The notes beneath the pieces are model-generated. The model was not told where the DNA came from, searched no databases, and saw only the letters and a list, made by a program, of their open reading frames with translations. Of a DNA stretch of 64,000 nucleotides, positions 13,235-25,172 are shown piece after piece. The translations under genes and the position numbers were made by a program. The DNA is from Geosiphon pyriformis uo1. Taxonomy: Eukaryota; Fungi; Glomeromycota. Positions within the stretch are counted from its first letter, which is position 1. Every line of letters begins with the position of its first letter. Location: NCBI GenBank assembly GCA_016748015.1, contig JAAOMT010000502.1:620001-684000 (forward strand), given 5' to 3'.

Positions 13235-13941
13235 TTATCATATATTAGTCATTAATGTCATATAAATTAGCCACTCTATTTTTAGAAAGTGATTATTGAC
13301 CTGATCAATAACCTGACCATTGACTTGATCATTGATCTGATTATTGACCTGATCAATAACCTAATCATTGACTTAATTATTGACCTAATCATTGACCTAA
13401 TCATTGACCACTTTTAATAGCTATATAAGCAATAAATCTTTTAGCTATAGAAAAACATGTAGAAATCAAGGAAATCAAATAAATAAAATAACAACTTTCA
13501 TCTTAATCTTTCTCTTATTGCTAATTTTTCTTTCCCTATCTTCAAGTATCTGAACATCTTGGGATAAAAAAATTACTTGTTGGTTATTCCTTACTCTTTT
13601 CCTGAAACGTGTAATTATAGCATTTGAAGACTATTGAATAAAATGTGACTGAAGAGTACATCTGATACTTGATATTGAATTCTAAGAGCACCAACGTGAA
13701 GCATAGAATTATACCAGTGTGTGATTATTTGTTAACAATATGGACTATCTTTCTACCTTTAAATTCCCCAGTTATCTTTGAAAAGTATAGCAACTGAAAT
13801 ATTTTATAAGACTGATCTCACATATTGAATCCATACTCATTCAATTCATTCTTTGAAATTGAATTCTCTTTGATTATTTCCATTACTCTACAATTCTGTT
13901 CTCTCTTTCTATCCATTAGCTTGTTATTCCAACCCATAACA
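13204..13941 (+). repeat. G2 3' LTR with 10 x 12-bp array (13290-13409)
   Basis: Direct repeat of 6122-6885. Confidence 0.95.
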
Positions 13942-15055
13942 GTATCTTAAAAAAAATATAAGATCATCTATAATGCTCTAATGTCATCCCATCTATTGGC
14001 TGCAATGGCTTTTTTCACATTATTAAACCAAACTTGGGCATCATCTTCTTTGCTGGTAAATTTTTTGAGTTTTGCAATTGAAGCATAGACTATTGGTGCT
14101 AGTGATAATTGTTATTATTGTGATTGCTGAAGTGGTGTTTACAACTATTGTTGTTGGTCAGTAATTGAAGCAACTGGTGGATTTATTATGATTACTGAAG
14201 GTAAGTTTTGAGAAACAATAGAAGTGGTATTTGAATTGTTCTGATTTTGCTGAATTAGAATAATTAGGATTTGTATTTTTGGGTTTTTCAAAGTCGGATT
14301 TTGATAATTAAATTTCTGATTTTTATCTTCCTTTTCTTCCAATTTCATTACTTCCCAAGGACTAGCAGTTCTGAAATCTGGTTGGAGTGAGAATAATCAA
14401 AATTTTAATGACATTGGTAATTGCAATTTAAATCTCTCAAAATAATGGCCATAAGTTTTTAATAACTCTGCTTTCTTCTGTTTACTTTAGAATGAGATTC
14501 TGTTTAATAGTATTGTCACATTTGCTGTGGATGCATTTGTTGATATTATATTGATAATACTTCTAAGTGTGTGATGATATAATAGATTAACTGGTAAATT
14601 AACTCTTTGTTTTTTTCAAGTAGATAATTGTATTTGCTTTGGGGTTTCTGCTAATGTTTATAGTTTTTCTTTGTCTTTTTTTGTGTATGTAATAGGAAAT
14701 TTTTATTAAGTATGATTTTCAATTTTCCTGTTGATTTCAGTGATAATCAATGCAAAGTTGTGGTTTAATGATAAGCTGATATATTGAATTAATTTATTAT
14801 AAAAATTTTTTCTTGTTAATTCTGTATTTATTGGTTCTCTTAAAAAATATTTAATTCTTTTATTGACATAAAAGTTGAAGACTAATTCTATTAATAATTG
14901 GTTGTTGATTAATTCCAAGTGTTTACAATAGTGTTGAAATAATAATTTGGTGAATCTTAGATGGTTTGTTTTTCTTATTTCTGATTCTGCCACTTTTAAA
15001 TAGTTGTTGTTAGTGCTGGTTCTTTGTAGGATTATACTTTACAAAAAGCACCAAA

Positions 15056-15913
15056 TATTACAAATAATTATTTAGGGTGTTGATACAAATAACAAATTTG
15101 TAGCTTGGTGCTTAATAACTGTTCTGATTGGTAATATTTAAAGATTTTGGTTAAGTTTTTTGTATAATAGACAGAGATTCAAGTGTTGTTTTAGTAGCCT
15201 TTTGAAATTGCAATTCTGTCTAATTTCTGTTTTTAGCATGGTGACCAGTTTATTTTAACAGTCATGTCCTTCTGGTAAGCTTATTCATAAATTTTTTTAA
15301 ACTTTATGCCTTTCCTTTGGGATCTTTTACCAGACTATCCTTAATATCACTTAATTAATGCTTAATCTCTTAAATCAATTAGTAAACAATAAACAACAAA
15401 AAAATAAAAGAAATAAATAAAAATAAAGAAATAAGCCAAAGCAAGAAAGAGTTAGTATTCTGTTAATAGCTGTGATTAAAAGCTATTAATCCAGTATAGT
15501 TTAAATATTAGTAACTATCAACATAAATTGTTGATAGTAAAAAGATGAATTGTAATATTTAATAAGTATTTTATTGATATTTTATGTTTCTATTTTAAGT
15601 TATAAAATACTATTATATAAAAAAATAGGTCTGAATTGGAATTGGAGATTCTAAACTAATAATTCTGTCTTTTTTGCTTCTAATGCTACTATTATATATA
15701 CATAAATTTTATTGTACGAGATTCCTTGAATTCCTTAATTCTCTAGCCAGGAATCTTGCAATTTTGGAATCCTGCAATTTTTCACATAGAATCCTGTAAT
15801 TCTGCAATTCTGCAATTCCTTTAAAAAAAATTTTGGAATTCCACTTTTACTATATTTTCTTCTGATTGGCTAATTATGTACTAATATATAATTCTTATAT
15901 TTTATGAGTAACA
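15056..15913 (-). repeat. G1 5' LTR
   Basis: Termini T(A/G)TTAC...GTAACA, adjacent PBS, TATA-like TATATATAA (~15692-15700, minus), and (GAATT/GCAATT)-type short repeats at 15720-15840. Confidence 0.75.
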
Positions 15914-16519
15914 ACATATAAATTACAATTAAAAAACAAAGTTTTAATCAAAACAATATATAATAATTAATTAAAACTATATTATATTAAGTTATTATTA
16001 ATTAGTATATTATAATTAAAAACACAAAAAATACCAATTAAATCAAATAAAGTTTTTATAAAATCTAAAGCCAATTATTATTATTATTTTTATTGCAAGT
16101 TTAGCAAGTACAGCCCAACTACTACCTAAATACATAAAATCAAACAAGATTCTAAATTAAATATGGCTTATGTCTTTTCTATATGTGACCGAACACTCAG
16201 CCCAATCAAGGCAGCACTACGCACATACAGGATCCATTAAAGGGATACTATTTAAGAAACCAAAGCCCAAACTAGTGAGACAAGGACACAAACCAAAACA
16301 CAAATAAATATTTAACCTGATACCAAAGCTGCAAATAACATCAGTAGTTTACAAGTCTAACAAACTATTAACCAATGGCACAGCAGATTCATTACATGAC
16401 AAAAGATTGTGTTTTTTGTAAAAGACTCTCAATTTAGCAGTAGGCAACCAAATATTAGATCTATGACTCTCAGCAAGACTACAGATCAACTTAACAATCA
16501 AGCTATCACCAGAAGCCAA

Positions 16520-17486
16520 TATTACTGGAAGTTTTTGGTCTCTTTTTTTAAATGTTGTTAATGTTGGTTTGCTGTTAATTCACATTCTTAAAAAGTAGTT
16601 GGACCTCCAGTAACTGAATTTTATCTTCAAATTATCTCCTATAATTTGAACTGCTGGGCTTATGAGTGGAATGGCCAATTCTGTGCCAGTTACTTTGTGT
16701 AGTTACATTGTAGTAAACATCAACTCTTTCCCAGGAATTGCTCATCTGGAAGCTCACTAAAAATGTGTAGTTACTTTGCTGTGAAAGTCAACTTTTCTAC
16801 AGGAATCTTGTCTGTAGGCTACCCTAATGATTATGATAAAAAAAAAAGAAAAATAAAGAAATGTAAAAGAAATAAGAATTTTATCAAGAGAAACGTTTTC
16901 TATCCAGGCCTGGAGTCACTAACAGATTACTGAAATTGGTAGCTAATCAATTTTAAAATGTTAGTTGTGTTGAGAGAATTTCAAGTATAATAATTTAAGA
17001 ATTTGGTTTTTCGAATATTTTTATTTTTATTTAATTTTGTAAAAGGTGATTTGTTTCAATTAAGATATTTGAAGTAAGTTACTATGATAAGATATGAGAA
17101 TATACATTTTTTTGAAGAGAGAAGCTCTTCTTTTATACAACTTGTTGTAGTACTAGTCTTTGAACTTGCACTTTTCTCTTTGCTCCAATTTTAGTGAACT
17201 AAAGATACATTTTGGTGAACTACAAGTTATTTCTATGAATTATTAATTATTTCGGCCAATTTTTCATTAATTTCGGCGAATTTTGACTATATTAAATGGT
17301 TCAGAGTATTGTGTAATTTGATTATCTTAATTTTTATAGTACAAATCGAGTTATTGATTGAGTAATGATATTTAATAATTTGGCTAATTAATAAGTGATA
17401 ATCGAAATGATAATAATATGCTACTTAATAATAGGAATTATGAAAATAATTTCGTACTAATTAATAGTTAAATTCTACTGGTAACA
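16520..17486 (-). repeat. G3 3' LTR
   Basis: Direct repeat of 25173-26139. Confidence 0.95.
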
Positions 17487-18174
17487 TAATTTCCTTCTTA
17501 AGACTGAGCTCCATCGAAGTTCAAGCACTATCTGTAATGTCAAGATAGTGGTCCAAAATAATTGAAGTGATTTGGTCTGAAAATTGTTAAAATTTCAGTT
17601 TTGTGAGCTTTCTAATATATTGAATCTTCATTGGATGAAGTATTGGATTTTGTAAGACATTTTCACATGTGTTGAATAAATCATAGAGTCTAAATGCTGC
17701 TCTAAGTTTGTAGCAAGTGTTTGTTGGTCCAGCTGCTGTCTTGAATTCTTTGTGAATTTGTTTTTGTATGGTTTCAGGAGTGATGTGTGTTGTTTCAAGT
17801 TCTAGTTTTTGTTTATAAAGTGTTCTTTCAATATGAAAGTATCTATATATAAGAGTATGTTCATTGTTCTGTTCATTAAGGAATAGTAGAAGTTTTTGTT
17901 AAATTGTGGCATTTGGTGGAATATCAATAAGGGCAGATAAAAGATTTTCTTTTAGTGCTTGCTTCAATAGTTCTGGTAACTGACTTCCAGAGTAACCTCT
18001 TGGTTTTCTTCTATAAGGGTAATAATTCTGTGAATTGTTTATTACTGAGGCTGTAGTTTCTTTCTAAATGTAATTAATTTAACTTCCATTAATTGTTATG
18101 GATAAATTAGGAAGTGTTTTCAAGACTAACATTAATTTTTGGAATATTTGTTGAATATTTCGGGGAATAATCAT
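17461..18174 (-). pseudogene. G3 ORF-X, unknown protein (~237 aa)
   Basis: ATG 18174 MIIPRNIQQIFQKLMLVLKTLPNLSITING...; one frame with 5 internal stops, ending at TAA inside the LTR. Confidence 0.75.
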
Positions 18175-18336
18175 GATAAAATTGACTAATTAATAAAGCA
18201 AAAAAAAAATAAAGAAAATAATTTTTGGGTATAGGATTTTTATTTGTTTTTGGGTTTTAGTGTTTCTTGTAATTATTTACTATTTTTTTGTTTTTATGTT
18301 TGTGTATTTTTAGAAGAGATTATTAAAAATGTTAAA

Positions 18337-19718
18337 TTAAGTATTCAAGTTTAATTGTTGTTCTATTATAACTATTGGTTCTAAATTTTGGGAAATATCT
18401 TTAGAATTAACTAAAGAGAAATGTGTACCAATTTGTAGAATTAATGATTCAGAATTGTTTCTGAAATAATAGTGTTTCAATCTATCTCTATGTGCAACTT
18501 TTGCTAGTACTTTGTCATCAAGTTTTAACTTGTATGATCTGTTGCCTAAAATTTTGTGAATATAAAATGGTCTATTCTATTTATATTCAAATTTTCTACT
18601 CCATTGTTTTTTAGCCTTAGTTCTGTATAAGAGAACTTTATTTTTAACTTTAAATTCATTGGTGACTGATAGCAGTTTGTTGTTATGTCTTTCTTTTTGT
18701 AAAACTTGGAAGTGTTTAATATGAGTAGCTGCTATGTGTCTTTTTCCTTCCAATGTATTAAGAAAAGTGTAGGCTCTTCTTTGGAGTGTTTCTTGAAAGT
18801 TTTCTTTATTGATTGGTTGCACTGAGTATGTTTCCATTGTGAAATTAATTGGTAATATTGCTGTTCTTCTATAAGTAAGATCAAATAGTATGTGTTTTAT
18901 AGTATCTTGTTTTAGTGTTCTATATGCTAGTAACACTGATAGAATAAAAATATCTCATTTCTGCTCAAAATTTGTTAAGACTTTGGCTAAAGATTTACAC
19001 AATGTTCTGTTGAAACATTCTACAAGTTCATTTGTTTGAGAGTAATAAGATGATAATAGGGGTCTTTTAATATTGAATTGTTCATAAATTTCTTGTATTA
19101 AGTTGTTTACAAAATGTGTTTCTTGATCTAATAAGAGTTCAATTGGACATCTATATCTACAAATAATGTCTTCATAAATGAAATTTGCTACTGATTTTGC
19201 ATTTGCTCTTTAGATGGCTCTAGCTTTAGGCCATTTGGTGAAATAATTTACTGCAACTGCAATATAACGATTTTCTTAAGTTGTAATAAGTAATGGTCTA
19301 ACTAAATTAATTTTAATTCTGTCAAAAAGTTGTTCAACTTTGATTGGATTTAAAGGTTCTGTGAGGCAAGTTCCTTCTCTTTTTTGACAACTATCACAAG
19401 ATTCTACATATTGTCGAATGTCTTTTTGTATGTGAGACCAAAAATAATGTTCAAAGGTTCTTTGGATTGTTTTATTTCTTCCCAAGTGTGCTGAAAATAA
19501 ATCTGTATGCATGTTGTATAGAATTGTTTCTTTTTCATTTTTCTGTATTAGTCTGAGTAGTTGGTTTGGGTTTCTATAATTCTTGTAATAAATTTTATTG
19601 TAGTGTATAAAATATTGTTTGGGTATTGTAATCAATGTTTTTCACTTGGAGACCAATTTTCTGAGATGGTAAGAGTCTCCAAATAATTTTTAAGATTGTT
19701 GTAATTTCTGAAATCCAT
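18337..19718 (-). pseudogene. G3 integrase in its own ORF
   Basis: ATG 19718 MDFRNYNNLKNYL; H..H..CDSC (ORF 19276-19635); core and C-terminal part (ORF 18577-18936). Confidence 0.9.
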
Positions 19719-19773
19719 TGTTGTTTTGTTGTTTTGTTGATAGTAATAAGTTGTAATGGAATTGTTAGTGGTG

Positions 19774-22700
19774 TTAATTTTGTCTTATTCTTGAGAGGCT
19801 ATTAATATTAGTGTGTAATTTTCTTGGTTTGTAGTGTAAAATATATATGTAGTCTGCTAGAAAATTATTTCATTGAGACTGTTTGGCACTTTGTTTAGTT
19901 TTCTTTTTATTGAACTATTTAAGGCCAATATTGTCAGTTATGATGTCAAATTCTTTTCCATTTTTCAGATATTGCTAAAAATGTTTAATAGCCCAAATGA
20001 CTGCAGCAGTTTCTAATTCAGTTGAGCCATATTTGAGTTCTGTTGGCTTGAGTGTTCTACTGGCATAGACAATGACTTTTTTCTGGCCATTTTCATCCAA
20101 TTGTAATAAAATAGCACCAAATGCTATGTGTAAGACATCAATGGCTAGTTGAAATCATTTGTTGAAATTTGGATAAGCAAAAACTGGAGCTGTTGTTAAT
20201 TTTGTTTTGAAGGTGTCAAAGGCTTTCTGTTGTTCTTCAGTCCATTGATATGACACGTTTTTGTTGGTAAGATAGTTGAGTGGTTTGGCAATCTCTGAGA
20301 ATCCTTTTATGAATTTTCTATAGTAAGAAATTAATCCTACAAATCCTCATAGTTCTGTGGTATTTTTGGGAGTTTGAAAGTTTTTGACAGCATTGATTGT
20401 TCCAGGGTTTGGTTTAACTCCATCTTTGCTAACAATGTGTCCAAGAAAGATTAAATTTGTTTTTCCAAAGTGACATTTTTTAATGTTCAACTTTAATTCT
20501 GCTTTCTGTAATCGTTGAAAGACTTTTTGCAGGTGAATAAGATGAGCTTCAAAGCTTGATGAGTACACATCAGTGTTATCAAGATAGACAACTACTGATT
20601 GCCACAAGAGTCCTTTATATACAACATCTATGAGTTGTTAAAATGTTGCTAATGCATTGAAAAGTCCAAAAGGCATAACATTGAACTCATAGTTTTCTCT
20701 TTGAGTGGTAAATGCTGTTTTGGGTCGATCTTTTGGGTCAATTTTGACTTGTTAGTATCTACTTTCCAAGTCTAAAATTGAGAAGAACTTGGCTTTTCCT
20801 AGAGCATCTAGCATGTTATCAATTCTTAGAAAAGGGTAGGCATCTCCAATTGTCATATTGTTTAGTTGGTGATAGTCAACACAAAATCTGATTTTTTTAT
20901 TTTTCTTTTTAACAAGGACTACTGGTAAGGTTCAAAGACTTCTTGATGGTTAAATTAATTCATTATTGAGCATTTTCTGAACTTCTTCCTTAATGAATTG
21001 GTGGCTGGCAGGTGGCACTTGATAAGCTTGTTGTCATTTTGGTGGAGCATCTCCTATGTGAATTTAATGTTAAACAATATCCATTTTTTCAAAATCATTA
21101 TTGTCTTTTGCAAATATGTTAGCAAATTTAGCTATTAGCTGTTTTAATTGTCTTTGTTGTTGAGGTTCTAAGAGATCCATGTTGATTTGAAAGAGTTTTT
21201 CTTCTAACAAGTAGTAGTTTTCAGTAGTAGAAATAATGTTTGGATTTGGAAATAGTGTATGTTTTATAATTTCGATAAAATTAGAAACAATTTGAGAATT
21301 TTCATCTTGGAAAATATTGCTGTGTATGATTCCAATCTCTAATTTATTCAATAAAACAATAGGGTAATTATTGGGATTGTAGAATATAACTCAAAATTTT
21401 TTCATTTCTTTGGGAATATAAACATTTGGAATTGAGATTTTATGTTTTAAACAGATTTGTTCATTGGATTCAAAGATTTGTTAGGTAGTGGTGGGTTTTG
21501 AGCAAGTGTAAATTTCGTGATGTTCTCCAAAAGGTGAAATAGTAATTGGTTAAAAAAGTTAAAGAATCTGGTAAGATTCATTTTGTGCATTAAGAGCTGT
21601 TTATTAATACTGTAAATTGTCCAGTTGAACCAAAATCTTGCATTCTTCTTTCACTTTTTCCCAATTGTTCTCTGTTGTTAACTGATTGTAAACCCAAAAT
21701 ATTGATTAAAGATAGGTAAATTGCTTGGCCAATTTTTTCAGCATGTTTAATTTTGAATGGTTTGTCAGTTTTATTTTGTAGCATAATAGTAATGTCTCCA
21801 GTATATCCTGCATCTATAACTCCTTCTCTAACATTGATTCCTTTGCTTGCCAATGATAATCTGGATGCAATTTGAATCATTGTTTTAGGTGGAATTTCAA
21901 GAGCAATTTTGAGATTGATTTTTGTTAAGGACTTTGGTTGGAGAACCAAAGTATCTTTCTGAATATCTTAGATCATATTCAGCATCAATCTTGTATGCTT
22001 TTTCTGGTCTGATTTCTTGGCCATGGTTGTCGAAATATTTAAGTTATAGAAGTGATTGATTTTTAAAAAAATAGATGGGAGTGATTGGTAGTTTTTTTAC
22101 CAGTTCAGATACTCCAAATTCGATTTCATTTTCATTATTTTTATCTGGCAGAAGAATACTAAGTCAAAAATCATTTTAGCATTATGAGAGTAGTGGTAGA
22201 GTTTATTGAGAGCACTGTTGTATGCTGCATTAAATAGTGTTCCTCTTCTGACTTTTTTCGAAATTAATAGAGCATATTGACAGGTTTGATCACATACTTC
22301 TCCTCTCATGCAACATCAATCCAGTTGTATTTTTCTAGTAGCATATCTTCACATGTAAGACAAGAAGTGTTGTCCCATTTTCCACTCTTTTTGGGATATC
22401 CAAATCGTTCTTTATGGCATGTTTTGCAAAAGTAACAGATGCAAGTTTCATATTCTTCTTCTGGAAAAATACATGCTCCTATTGATGAAAGCTTTTTCTT
22501 GCAATCTTTGCATCTTAATGAGATATATGATGGTTTTTTTTGTGGTTCTGGTGTAAAATACCTAACTTTCTTTCATTCTCTTAATTCTTCAAAAATCTTT
22601 TATTCTGTTTTCTCAGCCCAATTGGATGTTAATCCAAGTGCCATATAAGTTTCAGTGAGTGGCATTTTTTTTTCCTCCTCAAATTCAAACACTAGAGCTT

Positions 22701-25127
22701 TTTCTGATCATTTGTTAAAAATATCATAAGTAGCAGGTACTATGGTGTATTGTCTTTGGTATGAGATTTTGAGTTCCTAAGTTTTTTAATCTAACTTTGC
22801 ATTGGCCTTGAGAAGCCAATCATTTTCAATAAGAGCTTGGTATTGGGGTGCATCCATGACTAGAACTTTGACTGAAATAGTGATTCCATCAATGATAAAT
22901 GGGAAATTGTCAATTTTTCCTACTAGTGTCTTTTTCATATCATCTGCTATAACAATTACAGTTTGGGCTGATCTGTCAACAGTTTTTTGAAGCTGTTGCA
23001 TTAATTGGTAAGTAATAATACTTCCAGTAAATCTACTGTCTAAAATTAATTGGATGGGCTTTCCTTCTACTATAGCTTCAGTGTACATGGCAGTAATAGT
23101 TTTTTGCTCATTGATTGCTGCATTGCTAAGCAAGAATAATGATTCATTTGCTTCAAATTCGAATGAGAATATATCTAAAAAATTGGCATTTTGGGCAATT
23201 TGGGCTGGTGGAATAGTATTGTTAAAAGAGTTTGATCTTGGTGCTACAACTTCACCTTCAGAAAGTGCAGTTTGTTAAAAATCCGATTCTTCTTGCATTG
23301 TTAAATAACTAGGTTGAGTATAAAACTGAATGGGTTTTTGTTGAACAGAATTTCGAAGAACTAGTTGATTATTGGGGTTAAATTTGTTGTGGTTTGTTAA
23401 GAAACGGTTTTGTGGTGTAAATTGGTTTTGTTAGACCAATCTTCTGGCTGGTACTTAATATTGTTGAGTGAATGGTATTTGATATTGCTGAATTGGTAAA
23501 GGCTGCTAATATTGTTGTTGCATTGGTTGTGAAGCTGGTTGATAGTAATTGTTTTGATTTTGTGGTCTTGATGGATAATAAATTGGTGGTAAAGATTGGT
23601 AATAAGTTTGTTGTGATGGAGAATAACATTGATTATTTTTGTTTTGTTGGTCTCTTTGCAATTTTCTGCAATCTCATTTCCAGTGTCCTGAAATTTCACA
23701 ATAATGACAACTTTGAGGTTGGTTGTTAAATGGTGATCCAAAATTGTTTTGGTTGCATTGTTGTGGTGGTTGATATCTTTGTAGTTGCTGCAGTTGTTGT
23801 TTGTTGGTTTGTCAACCTTTTTTGTGAGTTGGTCTATTTTTTTTTCAGCTGCTGAGCTGGTTTCTCCAATAGCTAGGTTGACAAGCTTGGTGTGGTTTGC
23901 TTCTTCCATTGCCATTTCATAATTCTTTATATGTCTAATGGCAGTGGTTAAGTCTTCTGGAGCATGTGAACAAACTTTCTTAATGAGTTTGTCTTTTAAT
24001 TCTGCTATGAACTGATTTAAAATCTGGGCATTAGAATAGTAGTCATTGGTTTCTAATTGTCAAATTCATTGAAAAAGTTTGTTGAATTTTTCAAGATAGG
24101 TTATAACAGTTTCAGATGTTTTTTGTTTAATATTTCGAAAGCAATTGTGGAGAGTAATAGAGATGTTGTCAGTAAATTGTTGTAAAAAAGCATTTTTGAA
24201 TGCTTGCCAGTTTCCAAATGGTTCTTCTAAGTTTTCAAATCATTCTTCTGCAGTTCTTTGGAGAAAGTATGGGATTGCTTTGAGCATTCTTGCTGCATTC
24301 CAACCATTTGTATCTTCTGCTTTTTGAACTTTGTCAAGCCATTCTTGAGGGCTGATATCATTATTTTCACCAGTAAATTCTGGAATCTTTGCAATGTAAG
24401 CAGTTGCTATTTTTTCTTCATTTTCTGTAGTTTTTTTTTGTTCTGATTCAGTTTTCTTACTTTCCAAGTTCTCTGAATAATTACTTTTATTTTTTTGTAA
24501 GTAATCAATAATATTGGTGCTGGTTAATATTGTTTCCTGCTGTTGAATAGGATTTCTAGGTAACTAAAAGTCTTCTGGTCTGGAGAAATGGTTAAGTGGT
24601 GAATTTGGTGTTTGCAGTCAAGCAAATGAAATTAGAAATAGTGTAATAGAAAGTGGTAGTTTAATACTGGTTCCTTGTTCAAGTGTTTACAAGTGTTTGG
24701 TAGTTGTTTTTGGTGTCTTTGGAGTATTTGGAGTGGTATTTGAGTGTTGTTTCAGTTTTTGTTTGCTTTTGTTGTTTGTTTTTGTTTCTGATTCAAAGCC
24801 AATAGAGTATTTAGACTGTACTAGGTATGTTTTTTCACAATACTTGATAATGTTAAAATTGAGTTTTTGGAAATAGGTGGCAAGTGTTTTACTATTAAGG
24901 TTTTCAGTTCCCAACTGTAAATAGTGCACTAAATTATTGTAAAGATTGCTTCTAATTTCTGAAATGTTGTAATCTCCAAGAAAATAATTGTTAATATGGT
25001 TTTCAATGTATTGGTAAAGTGTCTTTTTAACAATTTTAATTCCGTCTGGAATGTTGAATCTCTGCTTGCAATGAGTGTAAATTGACTGATAATACTTTAG
25101 AGTTGTTGTATCTGGTATGATCACCAC
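19774..25127 (-). pseudogene. G3 Gag-PR-dUTPase-RT-RNase H polyprotein, decayed
   Basis: Gag IPEFTGE..PQEWLDKV (24240-24467), knuckle at ~23655-23710, LILDS protease (22786-23133), dUTPase (21590-21949), VVYLDNT RT (20347-20607), RNase H ending NSLSRIRQN* at 19774. Confidence 0.93.
21610..22010 (-). pseudogene. G3 dUTPase domain
   Basis: DAEYDL, ASRLSLASKG, GVIDAGYTGDI, EKIGQ, SERRMQDFGSTG: all five dUTPase motifs. Confidence 0.93.
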
Positions 25128-25172
25128 TTTGAAGTTGTTATTGCTGTATTATTTCTATGAGAGAGCCCTAAA

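Larger units (their letters stand above)
6122..13941 (+). mobile_element. Ty3/gypsy LTR retrotransposon G2 (full length, no dUTPase), nested in G1 gag
   Basis: Paired LTRs 6122-6885 and 13204-13941; perfect 4-bp TSD GTAT (6118-6121 / 13942-13945); PBS-like TAGTGCTCCCTG at ~6892; PPT GGAGAGGATGA at 13193-13203. Confidence 0.96.
5480..14993 (-). pseudogene. G1 gag (N-terminal extension, capsid, CCHC knuckle), split into 13942-14993 and 5480-6121 by the G2 insertion
   Basis: YASIAKLKKF..DAQVWFNNVKKAIAAN at ~14000-14090; CYYC..H..C knuckle at ~5490-5535. Confidence 0.8.
1..15913 (-). mobile_element. Ty3/gypsy LTR retrotransposon G1 (dUTPase-bearing, decayed; 3' end outside window; interrupted by G2 at 6122-13941)
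   Basis: Minus-strand order: LTR, PBS (TGGTGCTTTTTG, ~15042-15053), gag, CCHC, protease, dUTPase, RT, RNase H, integrase. The gag frame rejoins across the G2 insertion (YF-x-DTTNLWYQ). Confidence 0.92.

Noticed and set aside
18337-18560. Chromodomain at the integrase C-terminus
   Set aside because: After the GPF/SH3-like segment there is only a short tail, without the Y-L-V-K-W / TWEP chromodomain motifs.
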